A stretch of 64,000 nucleotides of DNA from the human T2T-CHM13v2.0 reference genome, Homo sapiens. The stretch is from NCBI RefSeq assembly GCF_009914755.1, contig NC_060926.1. One strand, given 5' to 3'. The notes under the pieces are model-generated. The model did not search any database, was not told where the DNA came from, and worked only from the letters and a program-made list of their open reading frames with translations. This document shows, piece after piece, positions 38,367-53,476 of the stretch. Both the position numbers and the translations under genes were made by a program. Each line of letters opens with the position of its first letter. Position 1 is the stretch's first letter.

Positions 38367-41300
38367 GAATTATGTTTTAGGAACAAAGGAATCATGAACT
38401 GAAAACCAACTGCCATATTTAACACTAACTCTATGGAGATGGCATTACAAGTTTCAAACCAACGTTCAAATAAACTTTTGGTTCCATTGCCACGACTTTG
38501 TTAAGAACAGGGTCTGTGTCTTACTCATCATTGTACCACTTGGGTTTTGCAGAGAGCACACTTAAGTTGAATTGTTTGAAGGTGGACTTTTTTATAAGTT
38601 GTGACTGCCTCTTCTTAACACAGGAATAACTAATGCCCCTCTCAAATATTTTCATGCACCTTTTTCCCCTCTCTTATTTTGAAATAAATTGAAGACTAAT
38701 TGTTTTATTTATTAAATATAAGTTCTAGGACTGGAAGGCAAGTCTAAAGACCTCTTGCTTTCTTGGCATTATGATTTCTGGATGGGAGGAGGTTTCCATC
38801 CATCTTCATTCCAAGGCACCCACAGGCAATATTCTGAGGCTCCTTCTATTTAATGTATTGGTTCTTGTACTGGTTTTATCTAGGACATAGTGCCCTTCAT
38901 CCAGTTTCTCTCTTTCCTTTTTTCTCACCCTGTTTTATCGAGGTGCAGCCCTTTTTATCTGGTCACAAAAGGGAACTCCTAAGTGTTGGTTTGTGATCAA
39001 GAAGCAGCAAAGCTGTCATCTCTCTAAATATATTTTTATATTTTGCTTGGGGTTGTCACTATAAATAAGAAGAAGTATTGCTGATAGGGCTTTTCATGTG
39101 TGTACTCTCTTTCTCTCTCCGTCCTCATTCACTTCATCATCCTTAGGCCCCCAGAGCTGTGTCACCACCCTGAAACAAATGAGGGAAAGCAACCAATTAC
39201 ATTAAAATGCAATATAAATAGAGGGAACAGGCAATGTATAATGTGGATTTCCTGAACAACTGTTCACATTCTAGGGGCTGGTCAAGCAAAGGGAACAGAT
39301 AAGGAAGCCCTTGGCTGTCATTTCCCTTGAACTATTGTGAGGATCTCAGGGCCTAGGGAAAGAATCCTCCTGAGTCTTCTCTCTTTCATAATAGTTTCAT
39401 TTTTGTCCTTGTCATACATTTTCAAGAATACAGAGACTGATGTAGGCATCTCTGGAATAGTCTTAGGAAAATTATTCTGGGAACAGGATCAATGAAGAGG
39501 ATTGTGAAAATGAACATGGAGACTTGAATCCCCTGTGCCTTCTAGAAACGGAAGGACAGAAAAATATAGCAATAGTCTAATGCAAAAATTGTCATACACA
39601 TGCCAACCTCTTAAAACAGACAATGCCACCAAGCGTCAAGGTGACCTTAGAACCTAAGAATGTGGAAAGAAGAAGACACACATTTGGCAGGCTACCCCAG
39701 ACCCATGTGGAGCAGAGGTGGTAAATATCTCACATGTTGCAATCTCCCTTGTCATGTCTGTGGTAGATATTGTTAATGAATCACAACTTTCTCTCCCCCT
39801 CAGTCCAAATTTAGCTTTAAAATCTATTTTAACACAATATGCCAGATACATTGCCCATCAAATGCCACCAGCATTCCAGAAGAAATCTATCTGCTATCCA
39901 TGATCAAGGCTATTGCAAAACTTGTATTAATTCAGGTCAGAGGAATGGTAATCTCGGCTTGATTCAAGCCAGCAAGCTACCTGCCGTCTGAATCTGAGCC
40001 TTCTGCTTCTGCTCTAAGTAGTCACACTCCTTACCATGATGGCCCATCATGGCTCTTTTCTTTCTCTCACCATCGCATCCTTTTAACTTGCTTTCTACTC
40101 TTCCCTGTTACCTTCTGCCTCCACAGTATCCAGACAAGATTCAGGGGGGCTGCTTTGTTGAGAAGGGGAATGGAATGGATTTGAAGATGATGTTGAGGGA
40201 GAGGTACAGGTTTTCTCTTAGGTGGAATAAGGGAGGAACAGAGAAAGGTTTCATGTTCTATGCTTCTAACACAGTTGCATATGTTCTTTATTGTACTCAA
40301 ATTGCACATGTTCACTCTCATCCCACATAAGAAGCTCGGGGTCATCTTTGAGACTCAGCTATCTCTAGCTACACCCAAGTGTGCAGTGTGCCTTTAAATG
40401 TTCCATGCTAATGGAGATATGCAAGAAAAGTCCCCAGATACCCCAATTACCATTCTGCTCAGCTGCTATGATATCCATTTCTCATTTTTAGGTTATCTGT
40501 GGAAATAAAAAAACTAATAATAGCCATTCTAATGACATCTACAAATACTTTGCCCACAAATAATAAACTGCTAGGCACTACAAAGATAACAATTGAGCTT
40601 CACCATTTTTAGACAAAGCCTGCAAACCTGCCTTGATATCCATTATATCCATAATGCTGACTCATACATATTTTTTAGATATGCTTTATGGTGTATTCTA
40701 CCTCCTCTAACTCAAAGAACATCACAAAAGTTTGATCACAGTGTCTGAAAACTGATCTCTGAAGGCTAGGTCTAATCAAATTATATTTGTCTACACTAAT
40801 GCAAAGAAATTTTAGCATTGATCATTTAAAATAATGTTGAATTATGATAAAAAAAACTCTCTGAATCATACTTATTTTCATAGAAGATATTGTATTTATT
40901 GAACTACTAAAATAAGCTTATTACCCCAAAACCCATCCAGACACTGGGGGACAAAAAGCGCTAGCAGCTTACAAGTGTTGAGAGATGTTTTCTAAGATTT
41001 CTGATTTTCAGAAGATTCTTTCCTTCAAATGTGATTTTTGAAATAAAGATAATTGAGAATAGGAGAAATAGAAGAAAGTGGTTCAATCTCCAGATCAGGC
41101 ATATGACTCAGGGTAAGTGGGGTTGGCAACTATTTTCAGCTGTTAGGAGTTCTGAAATTCTTGCCTATTTCAAACCTGCCTCTCAAATTTCCCACTCATT
41201 CAAGACAACTCTCTTTTCCAGGAGGAGGCACTCATTAAACAGTCATTGTTTTATTATCTCTTGATCAATGGCAAGGTTGGAGGGAATGGGACTTCTGTCA

Positions 41301-42279
41301 GGTAAACCTTGATAAGGGGGAATCATCAGACCCTTGGGCTGTGGCCTCTTTAACCAGCTTTGTAGATACTTTAGGGACATCTTGAAGTCATGTGAACCCA
41401 TTTTTCCTTGAAAAATTTTATGTTACCAGAACATTTTCACAAGCCAGATTTCTAGCTTAGCCATATCCTCTGTGGAAGTTCAGCTCCTCACCTCATCACT
41501 TCCCCACTAACATCCTCCCCCAGTCACTAAGTGCCAAGCTAGATCCTACACACAGCCTCCACCAGTGCCTAGTTTTACTTTGAAGCTACCTTCACCCATC
41601 TCCTTTTTCCTCAAGGTCTTGAACAGGCAGCTGGTCTTTTCCTATTTCATAGCTCATAATCCTTATTGCGATGCTCACTACACTGCCATCTCCTAGTAAA
41701 AGAACATCCTCTCAGCATTCTTCAAGCAACGGTGATGATGCCACTTGAAGGCAATGACATGAAGCCCATCAGATTCCAAAATTTTTAAAAAAGAAAAATC
41801 TGGTTTTTAGTTAGTCAGAGGGAAAGCATTGACAATATAGCTGTGCCTTGAGCTACATGCAGCAGGACAGAGACTCCTAGCAGACTTAACTGACCTACAA
41901 ACACAAATGAAAAACATTTCAAAAATTTCAGAAACACTGGTGGCATGGAGGGAGTGCAAGACCCTGAAGAGAATATGCTGAGGTCCTGAAGTGTGCAGTT
42001 GGGGCTTAATGAGCTAGGTAAGGCTTAATGTTCACTTGACCTCACTGGCACTGGGCTACTCATGCCTAGGAATCTTGGGTTTACCACAACTACGTGGCTT
42101 CCCTGGGTATAGAATCTAGTTTTCTTCTTGAAAAATATGAGACTACTCATGAGCTCCTGAAACCACTTTAATTTCTACAGTGTCCACAAGAAAAGAATAT
42201 TGACAAAGGTCTTCTAGGTTTATTTTAATAAGTGAACCAATTCAATAATTAGTCTCTGAGAACCTCTGTGAGCCTGAAT

Positions 42280-43425
<1,146 letters not shown>

Positions 43426-46039
43426 TGTCATAGTTAATTATATGTGTCTACTTGAAGGGTGTTTTTGGATGACTCCACTCTCCCTCATCTCTTCTGGAAA
43501 ATAAAAGGAATCAGAAATTTCTAGAAGCCAAGAACCAAATGAACGAAGTCAAAATTATGCCCTAAGGCAAGCCTTCCCCTCCATGCTTAGAGCTAGCTCA
43601 AGGGGTGTGAATGCCTCTACAGATCCAGTTTCTTGGTGCCACAGAAGGGTCAGCATTGACTCTTACCCTGCTCAATTTGCTTCAACCCAGTGGGGCCTTG
43701 TTAAAAAAGAGCAAGTATGTCTACAATTCCAGATCTCATTTCATGCATAGTTGGCAGTGCATAAGAAACTTTATCAGATTCCAAAATATATTTTTAAAAA
43801 GTCCAAGAGGCTGGGGTCCTTTGTGATTGTTGTGGATCCACATCAGGAAGAGAAACCCTTTAAGGAGAAGAATATGATATTTTCATTTGCATAAAAACAA
43901 TAAAACTCTTTCAGCAGCAATTTCCCCTATATAAAAAGTGAGAACACAGCACCTTGGTGACACAGACATCTGTTACTTAAACAGATGCCACCTTCTAAAC
44001 TCACTCAAGCAACCCTCTGCTCAACCAGAGACCCCTAAACCAAAATTCAATGCGTGGATAGAACAATATGTGCAAAGGGTGCTTTCAGTAATGATGGGTT
44101 TTACCTCCCAGCATCATTATGAATTTGCTTGACTTTTTTGTGTTGTTACTTTAGCAAAATCTCCTCCATCATTTCTCTCAGTAATGTCTTTTTTCTAACT
44201 TAACCTCCACAATCTGCAAAATCAAATGGTTCCTTCTAAGATTCATTGCTGATTAGCACTAGCCCTTCAAAGGCTAAACCATGGCTTTTGTTTGTTTCTT
44301 TCTTTTTGCAGATGCACTTTAATGACTTCACAGGACAAGGCTCTAACACTATCTAGGAGAGAAATGAAAGTTAGTTCCTTTTTTTTCTTTTCCAGTAGCA
44401 CAAAGGGTCCCTGCTGATGTTTTCCAGTGAAGCAATACTCCCCTAGCCTGAGACTGATAAGTGCCTTCAGAAGTTAGGCTTACACTTCTAAATCAGCAGT
44501 TCATGAAAGGCATTACGAAAAACTATTATACTGCTATAATGCTATAATGGATGACAGCACAGTTGTATATGTTACACCTTGAAGTAAGCAGTAGGATTTT
44601 CCATCACTTGATAACCTTGAAACTGCTAAGGTATCAAATTGCTATCATGAATATTGTGCAGGAGAAGAAATAACTCAGGAAGCTGCCTTTGTGAATAATA
44701 ATCAGAAAACTGCAACATTTTTACTGAGAAAATGGATTTGAGGCACTGGTGTATTGACAAGCTTTCTAACAGGAAACTAAGGTAGACATTACAAGTACAT
44801 TTACATTGAGCTATGCATCAATCCATCATTCAGCATTCGATTTGTAAGTTCTAATCAGTTAAAAATATTATTAGCAAAGAATTATGTGGTATGTTAAAAT
44901 TTCCAGGATAAAGGGTAAGGAGAGCCCACATGCTATTTTGTAGCTGAAAACAATAAATAAAAATGTTTGTTTGATATTTCAACTTCTCAATGTACTCTGA
45001 AATCTAACTCATTCCAGCAGAATATAGAGATGAGGTTTGGGAAGTGAGGATTTGTTTAATAGGCATTTAAATCAATTGCAGCATGAAGACATGGTAGGAA
45101 CAGAAATAGTAAATGTTTATTACACCTCTCTTTTTTTTTCTAAAATACATATGTTTAATTTTGCCAAATCCTGGCTTTGTTCATGAGCAGAGCACCTAGT
45201 ATTGGTCCGTAGCATTTTCAGACAACAAAGTCTACCGAGAACCCTCGACAGCTATGTGAAAACTCAATGTCTGGAGTGATTCATCATTATGTCAGACTGG
45301 CCAGCACTTTGTCACAGTGACTGACAATGGGAGAAACTTGGAAATAATACAAAGATTCTCTGTTCACTGATAGTGTCTGAAGTGTGATTAGAGAAGAAAG
45401 CTTTGAGACTGTGAGGAGAATCTTAATTTTCCCCCAAAATTAATTTTGATATTTTACCCTTCGTTGGAAAAATTCCACCTAACTTTTTCATTGTCTTACT
45501 CAAAACTGGCCACTTTCATTTTAAATAGTGTCTGGAGCTTGCTTATTGAACTTCACTGCACATTCAACAGCTTAGTAGGTGGGGTGAACAATTTTTCAAT
45601 AGTGTAAGACCAGCTACACTGGCTTTATACTGGGCTACTCTATCCAGTTGAGAAAGGTAAACGCCCTCCAGTTAATGGTTGATAGTGGTGTCAATACAAC
45701 CTAAATTAACTCATGCCTTACCCTTTTCTTGGAATCTGGAATCATTTTATACTATTCAATATAGCAAAATTCTAAAAGGGTAATGATATTAATTCCTTAC
45801 TTCAGGTAAACTATTGCTAGACAAAGTAATGTAATGCATGGGCATTACATTTAGAGGTGCTGGGGAGCAAAGGTAATGGCTTTCATTTATTTCCCATCCC
45901 CTCTATGGGAAATAAATGAAATAACATCTTTTATGGATAGTAGATCAATGATTCCACCTTCTTATTAAAAAATTTAAAAAGCTAAAATGGATCCTATCCA
46001 GAAAAATGTGATTACAAGAGGAGTAAATTATTAGAGGGG

Positions 46040-46250
46040 ATAATAATAAAAACTAGCATTTGTTGACATTGTGTGCCAGAAATTACATAGATACCATCGC
46101 ATATATTCCTAAGAAAATTTGAGATAAGAATTACCATCACCATTGTATAGTTTAGAAAATGGAGAATCAGAGAAGAATAAGTATACAATTGGTGAATGGT
46201 AGAACTCGAATTTATGTCCAAATATGCCTGCTTCCAAAGACAATAACCAT
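46040..46250 (-). mobile_element. MIR SINE
   Basis: ctagcatttgttgacattgtgtgccag...gaaaatggagaatcagaga...ctgcttccaaag. Confidence 0.65.
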
Positions 46251-46349
46251 CAGAGTAAACAGAAAATTTAAAGTGAGATACATGAAGGATAAAGTTAAGG
46301 AATATAAAAAGATATGCAGTCAAATATCTATCAAAGTGATGGTCTCAAG

Positions 46350-46860
46350 ATGCACATCACTTCCCTTCATCACTCTCCCATCTCCCTCAAAATCTCATTG
46401 CTTTACGTTAAAGCAGAATGTCCTCACCATGACCAAAGTAGCGATGTGTGATCCAGGTCTGACCTGCCTCCCAAACCTCATTTTCCAGCACCTTGTCCTT
46501 CTCTCTATTGCACCCTCACTGGCTTACTGGTGGTGCTTTTTATCTGTCATGCCCTCTCCTGACTTTTGCTGTTTCTAGTTACTAAAATTCTCTTCTCTAT
46601 CCTCTTACCTGGTTAAATTCTTTCCATCCTCCACAGCTCAGTTAAAGAACACCATCAGGAGGTTGGATTCCCCTTATCATATGAACCACATACCTTTCTT
46701 TTATTGCCTTTGTCAGAATTGTAACTTACATTTGTTAGAATGATTATTTCATTTATACCTGCATAATACACTTGCCTAATATCTCCAGTGACTAGCTCTC
46801 CCTGCTACATAAATAGAGGCTCATTAACTCTGAGAGAATGAATGAGTAAATGGATAAATA
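46350..46860 (+). mobile_element. L2 3' part
   Basis: tcctcaccatgacc...tgacctgcctcccaaacctcatttt; tail gaatgaatgagtaaatgga. Confidence 0.7.
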
Positions 46861-46934
46861 GTTTTTATCTATATTCCTTCTTATAGCTTGTATTTAGAGT
46901 TTTATTTGATTTTTATTGCAACTCAAGGACAAAA

Positions 46935-47060
46935 AAATTAGGTATCACTTTCTCATTTTACTGAAGAAGAAATTAATGCTCAGAGATGTTTAATACATAC
47001 CTAAATTTACATGGTGGCAGAGCCTGCTAAAATCTGGGCCTTCTGAATCTCAGGTCAATG
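46935..47060 (-). mobile_element. MIR SINE
   Basis: ctcattttactgaagaagaaattaatgctcagagatgtt...gtggcagagcc. Confidence 0.7.
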
Positions 47061-49179
47061 AGGATTATACCAAAGCCTTACTGTGTCATCAGTGGAAATT
47101 CAAATTTCTGCTATCTACTCATAACAAAACACGGAAAATGTCAGAAAGACAAATGAGCACCTCATTGACCATGGAGAAAGCATGCATGAATTAGGGAATG
47201 CATCTTGAAGATCGCAGCATTGCTTTCCCCTGTGGTCTGCCTGGGCCAGCTCAGGGCCACCTGTAAGCTCAGACTCTCATTAAGGTCCTGGAGGAAGAAT
47301 CAAAGCCTTGAGTCAGGAGTGATTTCTCTCACGTCAAGGAGCTGATTGTAAACTCCAGGTGAGTAGTGGTAAAGTGGCCAAGGTTCAAAAACATGGAACA
47401 CACTTCTGGCCAAGGCTTTGTGGACAGGGAGGTAACATATTCCACAAAATATTATAAAAATGGCCTCTGGCTTTGGAGCACAGCAGCCTTCCATGTGGGG
47501 TAGCTGTGACAGGTGCCTTTGAGCCCAAATATACCAAAGGCCCATTGAGAGTTTATCATTTCCTGAAAACACACAGTTCAGGCCCAATAATAACTCATGC
47601 CATTAACTTGTGGGCTCAGCCGACCCAATTTTTGATCCAGTTTGGACCAATGTGGAGAGTATATTGGTAGCTCCAGATACAACAAGTCTGGAACGAGTGG
47701 TCCAAGAGGAAGCAAGTCGCAGAGCCCAGGGTTTCTCTAACCGCAGCTGCCAATGCTCAGCCTGAATGATTGCACTTGAGCTTAGTTTCCCTGTTGACTT
47801 CTCTTAAAAAGAGAATGTTGCTAATAACTGTAATGCACTTGGTTGGTTTCCTCTGTCCTTTTTCCCAGGAGTTGGACCCTTTTTCAGTTCTCCCAGATAC
47901 TGGTTATGATCTACTTAAATTGAATCAACCCCTCCATCACACAGAACCATGAACCAATTACCTATCTGAGTTTGAGAATCACCATTACTTTGATTCTCTC
48001 AATTACCATGACCCGTGAGGAGGCCTGGGTTTGTTCTGCCTCCTGAGCTCTTCTCAATAATGTCTGGTTGTCCTGTGGTCCTAATCTCAGGGTCTGGGGC
48101 TAACCCCTAGCTCCAGCCTTGTCTTTCACAAAGGCCCACTTGAGAAAACTCAGATCATCTTTCAGGGGAGCATTTGTGAATTCTGATGAATTCCACCTTA
48201 GATTTCTACACGGCAGATTTTGCCTAGGGAATATATGGATTGCGTATTGTGATTGTTCAAGCAAGCACCAGAGCTCTGCCCTTACCCAGCAAAGAGGAAA
48301 GTTCTTGGGCAAGTCTAAGAGTATAAGAAAAGCATCAACCAAGGAGAAGTGTCTAGTATACTAATTGCATATGCACCCAGACTGGTCATTCTGTTTAATC
48401 TGTACTCACCTATGGACCCTGAACTTCTGTACCAAATTCCAGCTTTTATCTCCAAACTGTATTGACCTCATTGTGGTTTTCCTGCTCTTGTTTGGACATC
48501 CAGATCTTACATGAAATGTCAGGTTCCTGGCTACTTTGTTACTGATTGTTTTTTGCCTGTTTGAGCTAATTTCTTAACTCTAGTGTCTACCCTGGCCTTT
48601 CTAAATGTTGCTAGAGAGTCAAAAAATTGGTAGAACTCGTGAGGACATTATTGCCATATAAACTGGTATGGTCTGAATAATTACACAGGTGATTCCAGTA
48701 TGTGGTAAAGGTTAGGAGCTACTGTTTTATGTTCTTAGTATTCAGCCGAAACTGAATTTCAGAGAGAATGGCCATTGTGAGGGAAGAGTGGGTTCATGAA
48801 GCAGAGGGAATAAGCAAGTGGGAAAATGATTTTTACAAAGGGATGGTGCCAGTGTGGTAAGGAGGAGATAGAATAAAAGAGAGAAGAGCATGTCCTGGAA
48901 GCTGTGTCCAGGGACAACAGAAAAAAATGTGCTCAGCACGTAGGAGTGAATCCAACCTAGATTAACTGGTACTGGACACAGTGTGAGCCCATAATGGACA
49001 TAGTGAACTCACACTTAGTCACACTATCTATCTGATTAAAACACCAGTGAGTCCTAGGCTTATATGCAACCCTAGAGGCCATACAATCTACCTTCCTATC
49101 TCCTCATGGCATCTCTGAGCAACAAGAACTACCACTTAGTTATAACAACCCACTAGTTGACAAAATCCAATCTCATACT

Positions 49180-49386
49180 GATTATCATTTTCTTAGCAAT
49201 TCTGTGAAGCAGACAGGACAGTTATTATTACTTTTATCTCCATTTTACTGATAAGGATAATGAGACCCAGAGTGGGAAAGTGACTTGGCCAAGGTCACAT
49301 AGCAGCCAGATTCCAGGCAGGACTCGGATTGGAGCTTAAATCTTCTCATTCTAAATCCACAGCTCCTTTATTTCACCACTCTGCCT
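49180..49386 (-). mobile_element. MIR SINE (MIRb/c-like)
   Basis: ccattttactgataaggataatgagacccagagtgggaaagtgacttggccaaggtcacatagc. Confidence 0.85.
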
Positions 49387-49528
49387 GAAAAGATTGAGAA
49401 TTATCTCAAAATACAGACATCAGTTTACATGATGACATCTGTATTTTGTAGGCTTTTCATGGGTTGCTGTCCTTAAGTAGGTGGGGAAGGATATCAAGAC
49501 CACTGTGTCTGTTTCCTCAACAGTTTCA

Positions 49529-49936
49529 TCAGTGATCAACTGATTAAGGGATATGGTACTATCCTTTTGGATGCCTTTGGAAATTTACAGGGAGAGGGTT
49601 TTTTATTGTCACAATGATGAGGAGTCACTATTGGCATTTAGTGATGGGGACCAAGGAGAGTGGTAAAGTCACAGTGCATATTACATTTTCACATAGTAAA
49701 ACATTCTAACTTCATTCATGATGTTGAGTGCTCAGTGTACATCATGTAGGTAAAAAAATCTGTTTACAATTATCTGACTCAATAATCTACTCCATTTTAC
49801 ATAGAAGCACACAGTATTTTTGCATGGCTTTAATAGTTACTGAGTTTTCAGCAATGTGACTCCCAAATAGATCCAGGAAAATTTTATATTTTTGTCAAAA
49901 AATTAGGAAGAGTTGTTCACCACCTTACAAAATCAC
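49529..49936 (+). mobile_element. MER20B-like hAT element
   Basis: ttgtcacaatgatgaggagtcactattggcatttagtg; catgtaggtaaaaaaatctgtttacaattatctga. Confidence 0.75.
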
Positions 49937-50974
49937 AATGCATGTGACTTTACCTTACTTTGCTGGCTTAGTTTATAATCTTGCCCAAGAGTGTGGATTG
50001 AAGGAAGTTTACTGTATAGCCACCAGAAATCAACTCTCCCTCTTCTTTAACATGATAATTTGGATGCCTGAGAAACCAAGGGCATAATTATAAGATATTG
50101 AACTTCATTCTGGAAAGGCAACTAGTTTAATGACATTGTGCTTCATTAATAAAAAGTCTTGATTTTGTCTGAAATGATTGGAGGATGAACTCGCTTTTCA
50201 CTGGATTATCCAGAAACTCAGGTGACAAGTTTGAATTTGAAATGGAAATGCCTTAATTGGAAAACATTTCACAAAGTCAGCTTGTTTTTCTATCCTTTCT
50301 CCAAGAGAAGATGAGAAGTTGCGTCTGGATGAAACATTCTGTCACAGATTCATTTCAGCTTCATGTCACAGCTTGTGTATTATTTAGAGGTAATTTAATA
50401 TTCCTATATATGGTAACATATATTGAAACTTTCATTTCACCTACTGCACTCTCTCCCTGAACTTTCCAATTCCAGTCTTTGTTTTGGAATGAAACTATTA
50501 AACTGCGATATGAAGTTAAACACACTCAACAGGGAAAGGTCTGTGAGTCAGCAGTTTGTAGCTGCCAAGAAAGGAATGAGAGGGCTTTCAAATTCATGTT
50601 ATTGATGTGAATTATTTTGAAGAATGTATGGTTGGCAGTTTCAGTAAACTTTGGCAGGGATCAGAAATGTACTGATGATGAAAATAAACTAACAAACAAC
50701 ACTACATTCTCTAACCAGGCAGCAAAACTGATCATTTGATAATCAAAAGTAAAGGAGATAGAGCTATAGGTGATCATTTCAGAGTGACCCATAAAGAGGC
50801 CCCTGAAGTCAGCTCTTTATCTCAAATGGGCAGATATCATCTTTGCAGTGAATGACAAGTCTGCCAAATATGACATCTGGGCTACAATTTTCTTAGAATC
50901 TTCAGTTCTTTAGTGACAACTGCTTTGGAATATTTTCTAAGCATTATGTTCACAATAATTGTGGGAAGACCCAA

Positions 50975-51180
50975 AGCACTGTTCTGGAAAATCTTATCCA
51001 TGTCAATTGCATTAAAATCTTCTGGGAAGATTTAAAGAATAAAACAAAACAAAACAAAAAAAGGCGATTCCAAGGCCTAAGTCCCAGCACGCAGGATTTA
51101 GTAGCTCTGATGCAAGGCTTGAGAATATTTATATTAAAAATATTCCCTGGTAATGTCTAAGGAGCCAACAGATGTGGCAT
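50975..51180. mobile_element. MER5B-like MITE
   Basis: gcattaaaatcttctgggaagatt...gattccaaggcc...ttccctggtaatgtctaa. Confidence 0.5.
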
Positions 51181-51692
51181 GTGCTGGTTTGATCCCTTGT
51201 CTATTAGATGACAGAATAAAAAGAACAATGTAGAATTTCTCTGGGTTCATTTCAGTAATTTGTAGTAAATTCTGATTATCTCAATAATTTTACATAATTT
51301 ATAAGAATATAAAACATTTAATATTGAGGATGTTAAAAGTAGTTTACTTACTGTGGAGAAGGACATAAAGAAAGAGATAGAAAGAGTGCTTATAGCACAC
51401 ACTTTCTGGCCCAGGGTGGGATAATGTATGAACTGCTGGGAACACTTCCTCAAGGCCTAGATGTACCTTAACAGTGGCACAATGTTAATAGCTACTCCTG
51501 GACTGTGGCTTAGCTCTTATTGGGCACAATATTTCAGTCATAGGGAAAGTTAATGAAGGAAGACTTGGTTTCAGAGCATCAAAGGAGATGGATGCAACAC
51601 CACTGCCTAGATAGTTTCAGACTCAGATGGAACATGGAGCCACCAATCCTTCAGCCTACCAGACCAGGAAGAACCATTTTTTCAGTAGTTCC

Positions 51693-52173
51693 TGACAGAG
51701 CAGAAGCATCCCCATCTTAGACAAACACTGCCATTTTAAGTTCCCCTTGATTAAAAACCACCTAAATCCAGCCCAGAAAACATCAGCCTAATGGCTATTG
51801 TCAGCATGACCATAAACCACAAGTGACACTTCTGACCAGAAACATTCCAAGCCTGAGATAAACCCATTCTGACCAGAATCATGCCAACCCTGAGATAACT
51901 TCCCCTCCAACCAGAAACATGCTAACCCCAAGATAACCTCCCCTCCGACCAGAGACATTCCAACTGTGTAATAAAACTCTCCTCCACACAGAAACATTCT
52001 GAGCCTGTAATAAGCTCTCCCTTCCTATACCCTTAAATACCCTTATTCTGTAAGAGAGAAGGCTCCTAACCAAAAATCAGCCAGAAGCCCCTCTCAGGTT
52101 TATTCTCCCAAATAAACTGGTCTTTGACTGTTGCGCCACTTTTCATGTTTTTCTTCTTTCTTTAACCCTTACA
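51693..52173 (+). mobile_element. ERV1 solo LTR (LTR19-like), complete
   Basis: TG...CA termini, perfect 5-bp TSD gttcc at 51688-51692 and 52174-52178, ~38-bp U3 repeats, TATA-like ttaaata at ~52033, AATAAA at 52111. Confidence 0.9.
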
Positions 52174-52636
52174 GTTCCTTCTCCCTTCTTAAAAAGCAGA
52201 GGCTTATAATTTGGTGAGTTTGGGTTAAAATACTATATTATTCACCCGAGAGAGGCAAGGTTAATACTTTAGCACCCTCACACAAAATTATTTGTCGATT
52301 ATACCCATTGAGGCAGTGCATATTCTCACAGCTCTGGCTTCAGTTTCTGCTTTTCCAAAGGGGGAAAAACTGTGCAGCAGTAAATTCTAAAACCTAGGTG
52401 AAACCTGCTTTAACCCATTTTATTCCAGCACCCAAGGTTTGAAGATCACAATTAGGACATATCATTTATAATTATAGAATCATAAAATATTGAGAAGAGA
52501 TCTTATATATGATCTGGTCCACCTCCAACTGGGAGTCATCTCTGACCCCTCTCTTTCTATTACACATTCCAGATTCATCAAACAAAGAGTTAATCAGCAA
52601 CTCTCTTGCCTCTGCCTTAAAAATATATTCAGAATA

Positions 52637-53476
<840 letters not shown>

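Noticed and set aside
50540-50610. Possible CR1/L3 fragment (cagcagtttgtagctgccaagaaagg)
   Set aside because: Only ~30 bp of resemblance; not supportable by eye.
51831-52020. Regular ~38-bp repeats resembling a CRISPR array
   Set aside because: Tandem units without unique spacers inside a TSD-flanked LTR in primate DNA; no cas genes.
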